Shown here: positions 42,101 to 53,464 of the stretch, piece after piece
Numbering within the stretch: position 1 is the stretch's first letter
Layout: each line of letters begins with the position of its first letter
Source of the DNA: Octopus vulgaris
Lineage: Eukaryota
Assembly (NCBI GenBank): GCA_951406725.2
Contig: OX597814.1
Location: 184,884,001 to 184,948,000 of the forward strand
Length of the DNA stretch: 64,000 nt
Direction: 5' to 3'
Notes under the pieces: model-generated
Told to the model about the DNA's origin: nothing
Database searches by the model: none
What the model saw: the letters and a program-made list of their open reading frames with translations, nothing else
Position numbers and translations under genes: made by a program

Positions 42101-42584
42101 ATCCCTGGCCTGGTAGTGTTTCCGTGCGGCTTTACCTGTTCGCGACAAGCTGTCAAGGCACGGTAGTGCCGTCTCGCCGACATGCCCGCGATGTGAGCAG
42201 GATAGGGAGACCGTCTTGCACGCATTCGTGGAGTGTCCGGAGTTATCGGGACTGATAGCTTTTGTTGAACAACTGTTGTCAGTGATGGGAAGAGTACAGC
42301 TATCGGCTGAGTCTATCATCGAGATTGTGCCGCCCCCTTTCCTTAACAGGGAAAGAAAGGCTTGTTTTTTCTGTGTAGTAGCCATACTGAAAGAAACAGT
42401 ATGGAAGACGCGTACGAAAGGTATAGTGACAGGCACCTTTGTCTCCGGCCAGGGGTTGATTAACTTTTTTAGTTACCACCTCAGTAGCAAAATCAGGCTG
42501 GGGAAGAGGTGTCTGTCACGAGATATGTTTGTGAAAAGATGGAAGCCTGTGGCATACAAGATGGGTATGTTTGGCACCAGGTAA
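39183..42584 (+). pseudogene. LINE ORF2: AP endonuclease + reverse transcriptase + C-terminal CCHC finger; two in-frame stops
   Basis: APE motifs LNVRGL, ETK, GDFN, YLD, TDH. RT motifs KSPGLDG, FRPITLLN, DQSKAFDRV, VRQGCPLS, YADD. C-terminal CPRC...HAFVEC. All three segments share one frame (1134 codons), with stops at 40758-40760 and 42114-42116. Confidence 0.95.
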
Positions 42585-42812
42585 GTGTGACCGGATCAGA
42601 AAGTAAAGGTTCTACCCGGATGGCTGGGTGTCCGTCCTTCGACATGATCATTAATATTTTTAAACATTGCCTTCGTAAAATTCATTGTTTATAATCTTAT
42701 CCGTAATTTCATTCGAAAATTGTAACTGTGTTAAGCTACTTCACCCTTTATGTTTGTCTGTCCTTGTTTGTCCCCTCTTTGTAAATGCCTAAATAGCAAA
42801 TTATATGAAATA

Positions 42813-42960
42813 AAGTAGCTTGATTACCAGCCACATGGTTTCGAGTTCATTCCCACTGCGTGGCACCTTGGGAAAGTGTCTTCTATTATAGCCTCAGGTC
42901 GACCAAAGTCTTATGAGTGGATTTGGTAGACAGAAACTGAAAAAAGCCCATCGTATATAC

Positions 42961-43000
<40 letters not shown>

Positions 43001-43250
43001 GTGTATGTGTGTGTGTATGTGTGTGTGTGTGTGTGTGTGTATGTTTGTGAGTTTGTGTTTGTGCCCCCAACATCGCTTGACAACCGATGCTGGTGTGTTT
43101 AAGTCCCCATAACCTTGCGGTTCGGCAAATGAGAACGATAGAATAAGTACTAGGCTTACAAAGAACAAGTCCTTAGGTCGATTTGCTCGACTAAAGGCGG
43201 TGCTCCAGCATGGCTGCAGTCAAATGACTGAAACAAGTAAATAGAGAGAA
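42813..43250 (+). mobile_element. Family-A SINE, 3' part (head at 37339-37375)
   Basis: Continues the SINE split by the LINE. Confidence 0.9.
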
Positions 43251-43469
43251 CATATTTAAAAAGCTGGCCCCCGAACAATTGTTATTCCAGATGGGAAGAG
43301 ACGGTTTTAACTGCACTTTGAATACACGCTACTAAATACTGCTCGTCACAGTTGATCAGTTTGCAAAATGTAGTCAGGATTCCTCTCCTATACGATGAGG
43401 ATTATGATATACCAGCTGGTAACATCACCATCGTCACTCCTGACATTCACACCACCATCGCCATCACAA

Positions 43470-43786
43470 ACTCGCCACTACCACCACCACCACCACTACC
43501 ACCACAATCATTGATAATTCCTCCACCACCACTACCACCACAATCATTGATAATTCCTCCACCACCACTACCACCACAATCATTGATAATTCCTCCACCA
43601 CCACTACCACTACCACCACAATCATTGATAATTCCTCCACCACCACTACCACTACCACCACAATCATTGATAATTCCTCCACTACCACCACCACTACTAC
43701 CACCACAATCATTGATAATTCCTCCACTACCACCACCACTACTACCACCACAATCATTGATAATTCCTCCACCACCACCACCACCA
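43470..43786 (+). repeat. Minisatellite, 7 units of 36-45 bp (core CCACAATCATTGATAATTCCTCC)
   Basis: Direct inspection. Embedded in (CCA)n low-complexity DNA. Confidence 0.9.
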
Positions 43787-44454
43787 CGAATACAACGGAC
43801 ACCAACGTCACCATTGCTACAATTACAATTGCCACCCCTACCATTTTCACAATTCATCACTATCATCAGCACTAACGCCAATACCATCACCACCACCAAC
43901 CAGCATCACCAACACCACTTTCCCCGCCACTATCAGCATCTCCAATGCAACTTTTATCAATACCACCACCACCACCACCACCACCTTCATCAACGCAGTC
44001 ATAGCCACTACCGACAACACTCATCATCCTCGTCAACTCCACCATCACCGCTTCCACCAAGCCACACTCGTACCGCCATAACTCCCACCCACACCACATC
44101 TACTACCGCTATTTTCACACACAACACACACCTACCACCATTTCCTCCACCACCATCACTACGCAATGCCACTGTTCCATCACCTTTACCCACCCCATCA
44201 TCCCAAACGCTCAACAACCACCCAAGCCACCGTAATCATACCACCACCACCACCAGATTTACTGTTATCAACGCCACCGCAACCCCTTTAGTTAGTCATG
44301 ACTAACAAACATGGTTGTTTGTTGGAGGAAACTGAAACATTGCGCAATTTTTTTAATTCTCATTTTTTAAAAACTTTACCTTTTATTATTATAATTATCA
44401 TTATCTTTTTTTTTTGTCTTATTATAATTACAAAGATCCAATTACGCTTTTCCT

Positions 44455-44673
44455 CTTTTACTCTTTTACTTGTTTCAGTCATTTGACTGCGGCCATGCTG
44501 GAGCACCGCCTTTAGTCGAGCAAATCGACCCCAGGACTTATTCTTTGTAAGCCTAGTACTTATTCTATCGGTCTCTTTTGCTGAACCGCTAAGTTACAGG
44601 GATGTAAACAGACCAGCATCGATTGTCAAGCGACGTTGGGGGGACAAACACAGATACACAAACACACACACAC

Positions 44674-44707
<34 letters not shown>

Positions 44708-44854
44708 ATATATACGACGGGCTTCTTTCAGTTACCCGCCTACCAAATTCACTCTGAGGCTATAGTAGAAGACACTTGCCCAAGGTGCCACGCAGTGGGA
44801 CTGAACCCGGAACCATGTGGTTCGTAAGCAAGCAACTTACCACACAGCCACTCC
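44455..44854 (-). mobile_element. Family-A SINE
   Basis: Reverse-complement match. Confidence 0.9.
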
Positions 44855-45094
44855 ACAATTATTTTATTTTCATTTTTTAAAACTTTTCCTTTCGTTATTA
44901 TGATTATTATCATTTTTTTTTTGCCTTATTTTAATTACAAAGATCCAATTACGGAAAATTTCAATAACAAATCCTACACTTTACCAAAACTCCCTCCCCC
45001 CCCATTAATTGCAGCAGCACCACCACAACTACTACTACCACCACCAGCACCACCAACACCACCACCACCACCACTATTACTACTTGTATTAATC

Positions 45095-45306
45095 CTTTCT
45101 CCTATAGACACAAGGCCTGAAATTTTGGGGGAGGGGTTAGTCGATTCCTTCGGCCCCAGTTCTTAACCTGTATTTTGTGTTTATCGATCTCGAAAGGATG
45201 AGAAGCAAAATCGACCAATGCGGAATTTGAACTCAGAACATAAACTCGGAGGAAATGCGGTTAAGCGTTATGCCCGGTGTGCTAACGATTCTGCCAGCTA
45301 ACCGCC

Positions 45307-45308
<2 letters not shown>
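45095..45308 (-). mobile_element. Family-B SINE (diverged)
   Basis: Head and core match. Confidence 0.75.
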
Positions 45309-45399
<91 letters not shown>

Positions 45400-45402
<3 letters not shown>

Positions 45403-45909
45403 CTGATTGGAAGTGTTATCATGTACATTGTTTTGTCTTGGTATAAAAGATGGGCTACAGCTAATTTTTTGCTCAATACCACAGATTTGCTTGTCAGTTG
45501 TTCGACCTTAACCAGTTGAGCATGTCCCTTAGTGGCTGACGATATGTGCATCTCTGATCACGAGCAGAAGTAGTGGGGGAGCATCATAGCCATGTGTTGA
45601 GAGGGATTCTTTGGGGTTTGAATAGTTCACCTCTGGAAACATGGGTGGTTCTTTCAACATCCTTAAACAACCCTTATTCAGGGACCGTTTGAGCGGGATG
45701 GGCTACTCAACCTGAATAAAATTCTAACTGTGCCCCACCTGCAAGGTCATGTGCTGTTTATCTTGATATGAGATCACCATGTCGCGCACATATGGTTGTG
45801 ATGCATGTGCCTGGTGTACCTTTATCAGACGGGTAGTCATGATGGGTATATTGGGCTTCGTATATTTTACCCCAGTGTCACTTTGATGGCATGAACTGCT
45901 CTCTCACTC
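45400..45909 (+). mobile_element. About 510-bp non-coding insertion bounded by (AAT)n on both sides; probable 5'-truncated retroposon
   Basis: GC-richer block between pure AAT tracts at 45308-45399 and 45910-45952. Confidence 0.55.
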
Positions 45910-45959
45910 AATAATAATAATAATAATAATAATAATGATAATAATAATAATAAAGTATT

Positions 45960-46177
45960 CTCTTTTACGCTCTTTTAATTGTTTCAGTCATTTGACTGTG
46001 GCTATGCTGGAGCATCGCCTTTAGTCGAGCAAATTGACACCCAGGACTTATTCTTTGTAAGCCTAGTACTTATTCTATCGGTCTCTTTTGCCCAACCGCT
46101 AATTTAGCACACCAGCAGCGGTTGTCAAGTGATGTTGGGGGGGGGGGACAAACTCAGAAACACAAACATATACACAC

Positions 46178-46219
<42 letters not shown>

Positions 46220-46778
46220 TATATAAAAGGGCTTAGTAAAATAAATTACTTTGCCGCATACTGAACTCATTAGAAATAGCAGCTAAAAAACTTTTTTAAA
46301 GCTATTTCTAATACTTAAAGAAAATCTCTCTCATATAGTGTTTGCTTAACTCAACTCACGAGTTGAGTTAGTTAAGCAAACACTATATGAGAGAGATTTT
46401 CTTTAAGTATTAGAAATAGCTTTAAAAAGTTTTTTAGCTGCTATTTCTAATGAGTTCAGTATGCGGCAAAGTAATTTATTTTACTAAGCCCTTTTATATA
46501 ATGTAATAATTTGAATTCGCCTTAAATGGTCCCTTTGCATACTGAACACTTGGTGAAATTGATTAATGATTAATTAATTTTACCCTCAATTGTTGAAATA
46601 TATATATATATATATATATACGACGGACTTCTTTCAGTTTCCGCCTACCAAATCCACTCACAATGCTTTGGTCAGCCCGTGGCGGTAGTAGAAGAAACAT
46701 GTCCAAGGTGTCACGCAGTGGGACTGAACCCAGAATCATGTGGTTGGTAAGCAAGCTATTTACCACACAACCACTCCT
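45960..46778 (-). mobile_element. Family-A SINE hosting the fold-back insertion
   Basis: Tail at 45960, head at 46778. Confidence 0.85.
46219..46600 (+). mobile_element. Fold-back insertion (about 133-bp inverted arms plus about 100-bp tail) in the (TA)n of a family-A SINE; probable Penelope-like 3' end
   Basis: 46219-46351 is inverted at 46370-46502. The tail ends AATTGAT...AATTTTACCCTCAATT, like the end of the 32-kb element (AATTGAT...AATTTTTACCCTAAATT). Confidence 0.65.
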
Positions 46779-46807
46779 TGCAATAACTTTAATATTTATT
46801 CTTCTTA

Positions 46808-47222
46808 AGGCGGTGAACTGGCAGAAGGCTTACCGCGGCAGGCAAAATGCTTAGCGGCATTTCATCCCTCCTTATGTTCTGAGTTCAAATTACGGAGAGC
46901 TCAACGCTGCCCTTTCCTCATTTCGAGATCCATGAAATAAGTACTGTTGGTCACAAGGGTTGATGTAATCGACTTACTCCCTTCCCTGAAATTGCTGGCC
47001 TTGTGCCAAAATTTTAAACCAAGGGAGCCAGCGCAGTCGTTAACACGCTAGCAGCATTTCGTCCGTCTTCATGTTCTGGGTTCAAATGCCTCAGGGCTCG
47101 AATTTGCCCTTCATCCTTTCAGGATCGATGAAATAAGTACCAGTTGAGAACTGGGGTCGATGTAATCGACATAACACCCTCCCTCAAACTTGCTGGCCTT
47201 GTGCTAAAATTTGAAATCAATA
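46808..47222 (+). mobile_element. Two diverged family-B SINEs
   Basis: Both have the GGCCTTGTGCCAAAATTT-type tail. Confidence 0.75.
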
Positions 47223-48136
47223 TCTATGCTACTTTTGTTTTATTGATTCTTGTGCCTCATTCGCGTTAATTCATTTTTATTTTCGTTTATATCTATGTTT
47301 CATATGCCCCATTTTTCAAAAGTTATAGAACATTAAAAAATAGATATAAAATTTTTAATTCGAGTTTATTAAATAATTTACTTTACTAGGGTTCGTATAG
47401 CAAGCTTAGAGAAAAAGCTTGTGAAAAGAGTGAAAATAACAACTACAGAAAACACCGAATCTCCCCCATCTACCAAAAAACAAAAACAAAAAAAAACAAA
47501 TTAATTTAATTTAATTTTTTACAAAATAATCATCCGCGAAGTTAAATTAATGCATATGGTAGGTTTTGAGAAATATAACGAATTATCAAAACTGATAACA
47601 TATCTCGTTTTAAGGTCAGCCCTATCAGGTTACACAAAATTGGCGTTTATTGGATATATTCTGATTCGTCAAATTTATGATGTATATGTCAATATCACAC
47701 ACACACACACACACATACACATTCATACACACATATATATACAAACATACAAATGCACACACCCACAGTGATATATATATATATATATATATATATAACC
47801 TCTTAATATATACATAGTTTAACCTCTTAAAGGGATATTCATCCAATATACACTGGTTTGATATATTATATTTTGAAGGGATGTTTCTCCAATGAATATA
47901 TTATATAAAATATCGTAAAATAATAATGTTTGATGTTTTACGATACATACATACAAAGGCTATATATGCAACTATATACATGAGAATATATACATAAAGC
48001 AAAACATACAAATCTCAACATATACATACAAACAAAAATACCCTGTTGTTGATAAAGAAATTCCAATGAATTTCAAGGAACCTTGAATCTAGGTTAGAAA
48101 CCGACTCTTTCTCTATTGGCAAGAAATCTTGAAATG

Positions 48137-48575
48137 AGTGGCTGTGTGGTAAGTAACTTGCATATCAACCACGTGGTTCCGGGTTCAGTCTTACTGCGTG
48201 GCACCTTGGGCACGTGTCTTCTACTATAGCCTCGGGCCGACCAAAGCCTCGTGAGTGGCTTTGGTAGACAGAAACTGAAAGAAGCCTGTCGTACATATAT
48301 ATATATATATATATATGTTTATGTGTATGTCTGTGTGTGTGTGTCTATGTGTGTGTGAATGTGTGTGTTTGTGTTTGTCCCCCACCAACATCGCTTGACA
48401 ACTTATGCTGGTGTGTTTATGTCCCTGTAACTTAGCGATTCGGCAAAAGAGGCCGATAGAATAAGTATTATGCTTAGAAAGAATAGGTCCTGGGGTCAAT
48501 TTGCTCGACTAAAGGCGGTGCTCCAGTATGGACGCAGTCAAATGACTGAAACAAGTAAAAGAATAAAAGAATAAA
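48137..48575 (+). mobile_element. Family-A SINE
   Basis: Near full-length match. Confidence 0.88.
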
Positions 48576-48762
48576 ACACATACATACGCACATACATTTA
48601 TGCATGCATGCATACATACATACATACATACATACATACATACAAACATACATACATACATACATACAAGCATACATACATATATACAAGCATACATACA
48701 TACATACATACATACATACATACATACATACATACATACAAGCATACATACATATATACAAG

Positions 48763-48794
<32 letters not shown>

Positions 48795-48883
48795 CATACA
48801 TACATACATATATACAAGCATACATACATACATACATACATACATACATACATACATACATACATACATACATACATACATAC
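48576..48883. repeat. (CATA)n with periodic CAAG/TATA variants
   Basis: Direct inspection. Confidence 0.95.
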
Positions 48884-49912
48884 AGATCCGCATACTTATG
48901 AGCACAGGGCTAGAACCCTCTTTCACCCACTGCACCTTTCATAATCTGTAGTGGGTCCGTGGTCGAGTAATTAACTTTGATCTTAGATAGGGTTTAAATC
49001 GCCTTACGGAATTTGACGTAGTAAAGTAGATATCCGGAAAAATTCTAACAACCCGTCGTTTTAGACCAGCTTTTTATGTATCATATCCGAAAAAGCTAAA
49101 CGTCAGAGTTAAGGTCGGTGTCGGGATTTGATCTCGGAACTTGAGAACCGGATTAGGTACTGCATGGCATTCTAGCCAACACTTTAACAGCGACTCTGCA
49201 TGCAGTCAATCGAGGAAATATTTGGTTATAATTTTAATTATGAGTCTTATCTTTATTGTGTGCCATACTACCGTAAGATATTTGAATTAAGACAAGTGGT
49301 TTCAATTTGAAATCTGATAAGGTGTTTATTGATAGGGTATGGGCAGGAAGGAAGTTTTAGTTGATACTTTGAACACTTACAACTATTATGTTAAACCACT
49401 GTCACCAGATTTTCTTTTCCCTCCCAAGAAACCAGATATTGTTTCTCTAAGATCTAAAAAAGACTGATAAAATGTATACTTCTCGAGGAAATCCGTTTTA
49501 TTTTTGTGGTTGAAGTGAACAGCACATCAAGTACCAGTAATATAGATCTTTATGAGTAAATATGTCCTTGGATAATGGTTTGATTTACTCCTGCAATCAT
49601 TGGATGATCTAATTTCTTTCCTGCATTCTTGGGGCCCACTACTCCTAACGCAGTCGTAGGAGCACCGTCGTGATATACAGCACATTTCGGGCAATTTTAG
49701 ACCTGGTGGTGACTATTCCTGCCCCAGTTTGACCACAGTCGATTTCTTCCAGAAAGATAGACATACAAATAGACAGAAAGGAGAAAATCGACCTTTAGGG
49801 CAGGATTGGGGTTTTATTTATCGCTCCCTAGAGACTAAAAGGTAAAGTTGACGTCAGTCGTATTCGAACTCAAAACAGAAAGCGCCCGCCAGAGAGGGAG
49901 AAACAAAGAGTG

Positions 49913-49958
<46 letters not shown>

Positions 49959-51321
49959 GGGAGTGAGAGGGATAGAAAGCAGGAACGTATGCCTGAACAT
50001 AATTTATCCTAGTCTCTTACAACCCAACCAATTTTTCGGCTTATATATCTCTAAAATAGTAAATTTGAAAATATAACAGTAAACGAGAATAAATAGCATA
50101 TCAAAGAAAGAACAAAATTTTGCTATTCAGGTATTACAGTTGAAGCATCACAATGCTTCAACTTCAGTTTGTTTTCCGAATACTATATACAATCCATCTG
50201 TTATCAGCCGATTAAATCTCTGAGGTGATTTTCTCGATCACTAGGATGAAACCTATTATACATGAGACTTATGATATGCAACATCCTATTTAACAACAGG
50301 CATTCGGATATGTTAAACTTTGTGTTGCGAGTTAAGAAACACTGGTGCTATTACTAGTGATGCTATTACTGCTTGTGATTGTTGTTGTTGTTAAGCAACA
50401 AGATGGGTAAGGGTGATTAGGTGATGGTCTAGGGCTTAGGGGCGGGAGACACCAGACCTGGGAAAAATAAAAACTTTGGTCGTCTTGTTGTAGTCGAGGG
50501 CTCTTCGTTGACTCCCGACATCACTGGGAGGTAGCCGTCGAAGTCGTTGGAAATGGTGATCTCCAGGTCCAAATTCTTGGACAGCACTATTTGTGAATGA
50601 ACCGTTCTGTTATGAAGGAGAATTGTGTAAATCTTCAGTGACGTGGTTTGTTGTATTTGAGAAATACAGAAATACATGCACTGCTATACCGTAGTAATTC
50701 TTCGCAGGAGAATTATTCTCACTGCAGATAATCTTAAAATCACTATCCTCATGTGAGGGCATGATGTCGACAACCTCCCGGTAGGTAGGATCTGTGCTAC
50801 CGGCAGCACGGTAGCACAGGTCTAGTCGTCATCCTTGTACTGCTGTACCAAGGGTTAAGTAAAAACAGGAAATCAGCTAGATGGTAATGGAAAAGAAAGC
50901 TGGACAATAGTAATGATATATGAACAACAGCCAGCAGGTCAAGTATTGTGAACAAGAAATAGAAAATATCTCCCTAAGAAATTGAAGAAATACAGATCAG
51001 CCTAGAATTGCAAGAGCCAACTTATCAAAAACATTTGGTTGGTAATTCCTCTGAGAATCGAGATGATGCAACCAACGTTGCCAACCAGAAGTTTGCTTTT
51101 GGAAGAAGATCAAGAAGAGGCGTTAAGAGATTTAATGGAATAGCATTGATGAAAACCTTCTAGAATTTCTAGAAAAAATTAAAAAGGAAGGAACCGGAGG
51201 CCCTGAAATCAGTTAATCTGAAGACAGAAGATCGAACTAAGCTTAAGAGTGACATCATCAAAGAGAAACAGTGTGATTGATTAGATTATCTGTGAAAATA
51301 TTATTGATACCAACACATTAA

Positions 51322-51538
51322 TATTGGTTTCAAATTTTGGCACAAGGCCAGAAATTTCGGGGAGGGGGTAAGTCGATTACGTTCACCTCAATGTTCAACT
51401 GGTACTTTTTACGTCAACCCCGAAAGGATGAAAGGTAAAGTCGACCTAAGCGGAATTTGAACTCAGAACGTAAAGATGGATGAAATGCCGCTAAGCATTT
51501 TGCCCGGCATGCTAACGATTCTGCCAGCTCGCCGCCTT
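51322..51538 (-). mobile_element. Family-B SINE in the R4-like relic
   Basis: Head and core match, ACATTAATAT on both flanks. Confidence 0.85.
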
Positions 51539-52110
51539 AACGAAGACATTAATATAAGCAAATACTAACGCTGTTACAGAATGGTTGGGAGGAAAGGAAA
51601 TAAGAAAAGACGGACCAGCAAACACTTAGTGGAGAAGGTGGTCACTAACGAAGATTAGTAGCCTTAGGAAAAAATATAAGTAAACCGGGCCACGAATGAA
51701 AGATGAGAAGAAAGGTAGATTATACAAAATCTATCACGTTAAGACAAAAGGGAATTAGGACAAAGGGATCAAGTAGATAGTAACGGTAAAAGTTGCAAAC
51801 TGAAAATAAAAGAAGAAAGAAGCTACCAGTATAAGAAAAATCACTTGTTTCAAATAATCTAGATACGCCTATTCCACATTCTTGAAGGAAAAGTAAGAAA
51901 TGATAACGTAAACAAGAATACCGATAATACAGTTCTATATTTAAGAGATGAGGAATTATGTGCATTATTTACACTTGACGGATATTTGCCCTCATCTTGT
52001 TTGTTGTTAACACGTTTCGGCTGATATACCCTCCAGCCTTCATCAAGTGTCTTGGGGAAATTTCGAACCTGGGTTCTCATTCCTAAAGTATTTTTCATTG
52101 TAATTGTTGT

Positions 52111-52303
52111 TGTGGTGGTTTTTTGAGGAGAAATTTGTTCATATGCCTACACACATACAAAATTTCCCGCCGTCTTTTGTTCAAGAGCTTGAAGCATTGC
52201 ATCAAGTTGTTAAATTCTTCAGTCAGATATAATTTACATCTCCCTGATTCATTATAAGTACGTGGTTGCTGCTTAAACAAAGCTCTAGCTTACACTATCC
52301 TTC
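52111..52303 (-). pseudogene. Fragment resembling the C-terminus of a Penelope-like GIY-YIG endonuclease (copy 1)
   Basis: Translation YNESGRCKLYLTEE...LLNKRRREILYVCRHMNKFLL resembles the RCxLCLxEK...LLNKRxE...CRHxNKFLL end of some Penelope-like element (PLE) ORFs (recalled, not searched). Near-identical to 54349-54543. Confidence 0.55.
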
Positions 52304-52332
52304 AGTTGTTGTTGTTGTTGTTGTTGTTGTTC

Positions 52333-52406
52333 AGGTCACTGCCTGGAATCAAACTGAAAATCTTGGGGTTAGTGGCCCGCACTCTTAACCACTACGCCAT
52401 ATGCCC
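52333..52406 (-). other. tRNA-like Pol III head (A box TGGCGTAGTGG, B-box-like GTTTGATTCC)
   Basis: About 74 nt starting GGGCATATGGCGTAGTGGTTAAG, with TTTATAA about 30 nt upstream. Degenerate, so not called a functional tRNA. Confidence 0.6.
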
Positions 52407-52552
52407 GTGGGCAATTATGGAGTGAATTTTAGGGCTTATAAATCTAATATTTTTCTATCCTTCCTTAATACCGGTTCCCATACATATGCTATTCATATCT
52501 GCACTTGGTCTGCTTAGAAGATTGTTGTGTCCCAGGTTTGAAATTTCCCCAA

Positions 52553-52598
52553 GACACCTGATGAAGGCTGGAGGGTATATCAGCCGAAACGGTGTGTT
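52553..52598 (+). ncRNA. Degenerate type I hammerhead motif (second copy at 52009-52051 on the minus strand)
   Basis: GACAC-CTGATGA-A-GGCTG-gagggtatat-CAGCC-GAAAC-GGT-GTGTT. The cleavage triplet is mutated here. The minus copy has TTGATGA and a 3-nt deletion. Confidence 0.6.
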
Positions 52599-53464
52599 AG
52601 TAACAAATGAAACGAGGACAAATATCCGTCAAGTGGTGTAGATAATGTAAATAAGAGTACCGACAACCTGATTTATGGTTATTGGCTAAAGCACGCTCAC
52701 GAGCCTCTTTGAAGCTATAGTGATACTGCTAAATGAGTGCCTATCCAAGAGGAAGTACCACAAAAGGAAGAACCTGTTTAATACTGAAAGAGAAATCGAA
52801 AGGAAACGCTGCTCAAATTTCCGGTCAATTACGTGTCTACCGATTATGTGGAAACACCTGACAGGGATAATTGCGGAAGCGGTATATTGACACCTATATG
52901 AGAAACACTTAATGTCTGATGAACAGAAAGGCGGTCGGGAAATGTGCAGAAGAGGAATGCAAGATCAATTAATGACTGACATGATGTTCTTGAGAAATAG
53001 TAGAAAGAGACTGACGACTTTATACATGACGTGGATCGATTTTAGAAAGTGTAGAAAGAGAATAACTAATTTATGCATCGTATGGAGTGAGTTTAGAAAA
53101 GACAGCGATCTTCTTCCACATCCATAGGTCAAGCGATATCTATTTATATTAGCTCTTACATGTATTTTATTATACTTTACCTGTAGATTGATGCCTTTGT
53201 CTACCAGCTTCGGTATTATAAACTTTTAAATCAAGTTTTTATGCTCAAAACAAATTTATGCTTTCACAACTCAAATCAAATTTATATTATTCAAAACAAC
53301 ACATATTAATTAAATTTACATGCATTGTTGTGAATAAATATCTTATTATATTAAAATTGTACTAAAAATTATATATTACTAACTATATGTTAAATATTAA
53401 GTTATTTTTCATATGCTTGTATATACGGAAATAGTCATTCATTTTTCTAATTTTTTTTTTTTTA

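Larger units (their letters stand above)
37368..42812 (+). mobile_element. Near-full-length non-LTR retrotransposon, Tx1/L1 clade, inserted in a family-A SINE
   Basis: Has a 5' UTR, ORF1, ORF2 and a 3' UTR ending at AATAAA (42809-42814). Target duplication AAGTAGCTT at 37359-37367 and 42813-42821. The SINE head lies to the left (37339) and the SINE body resumes to the right. The 5' boundary may be 37376 if the TSD is about 16 bp. Confidence 0.93.
51928..52652 (-). mobile_element. Composite tRNA-headed, hammerhead-containing element with inverted terminal copy and 14-bp TSD
   Basis: TSD AAGAATACCGATAA (51914-51927) / AAGAGTACCGACAA (52653-52666). Inverted arms about 51955-52073 and 52531-52652, each with a degenerate hammerhead. 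tRNA-like head at 52333-52406 (-). Confidence 0.7.
50850..53127 (+). pseudogene. Heavily degraded R4/Dong-like (restriction-like endonuclease clade) LINE ORF, interrupted by a SINE and the 52-kb element
   Basis: About 52815-53050 translates NFRSITCLPIMWKHLTGIIAEAVY*HLYEKHLMSDEQKG...QDQLMTD...WIDFRK, matching RT domains 1-3 of R4/Dong-type elements. Upstream WRR...ISSLRKNISK and YKKNHLFQ remnants. Left boundary approximate. Confidence 0.7.

Noticed and set aside
37591-42436. Antisense and alternative-frame ORFs over the LINE
   Set aside because: Shadow ORFs of GC-richer coding sequence with no motifs.
43470-43786. Repeat-spacer pattern resembling a CRISPR array
   Set aside because: Spacers are CCA/CTA runs rather than unique sequences, the context is eukaryotic, and there are no cas genes.
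43352-44305. 317-aa proline-rich ORF (formin/extensin-like)
   Set aside because: Made of a minisatellite and (CCA)n, has a non-ATG start, and shows no domain.
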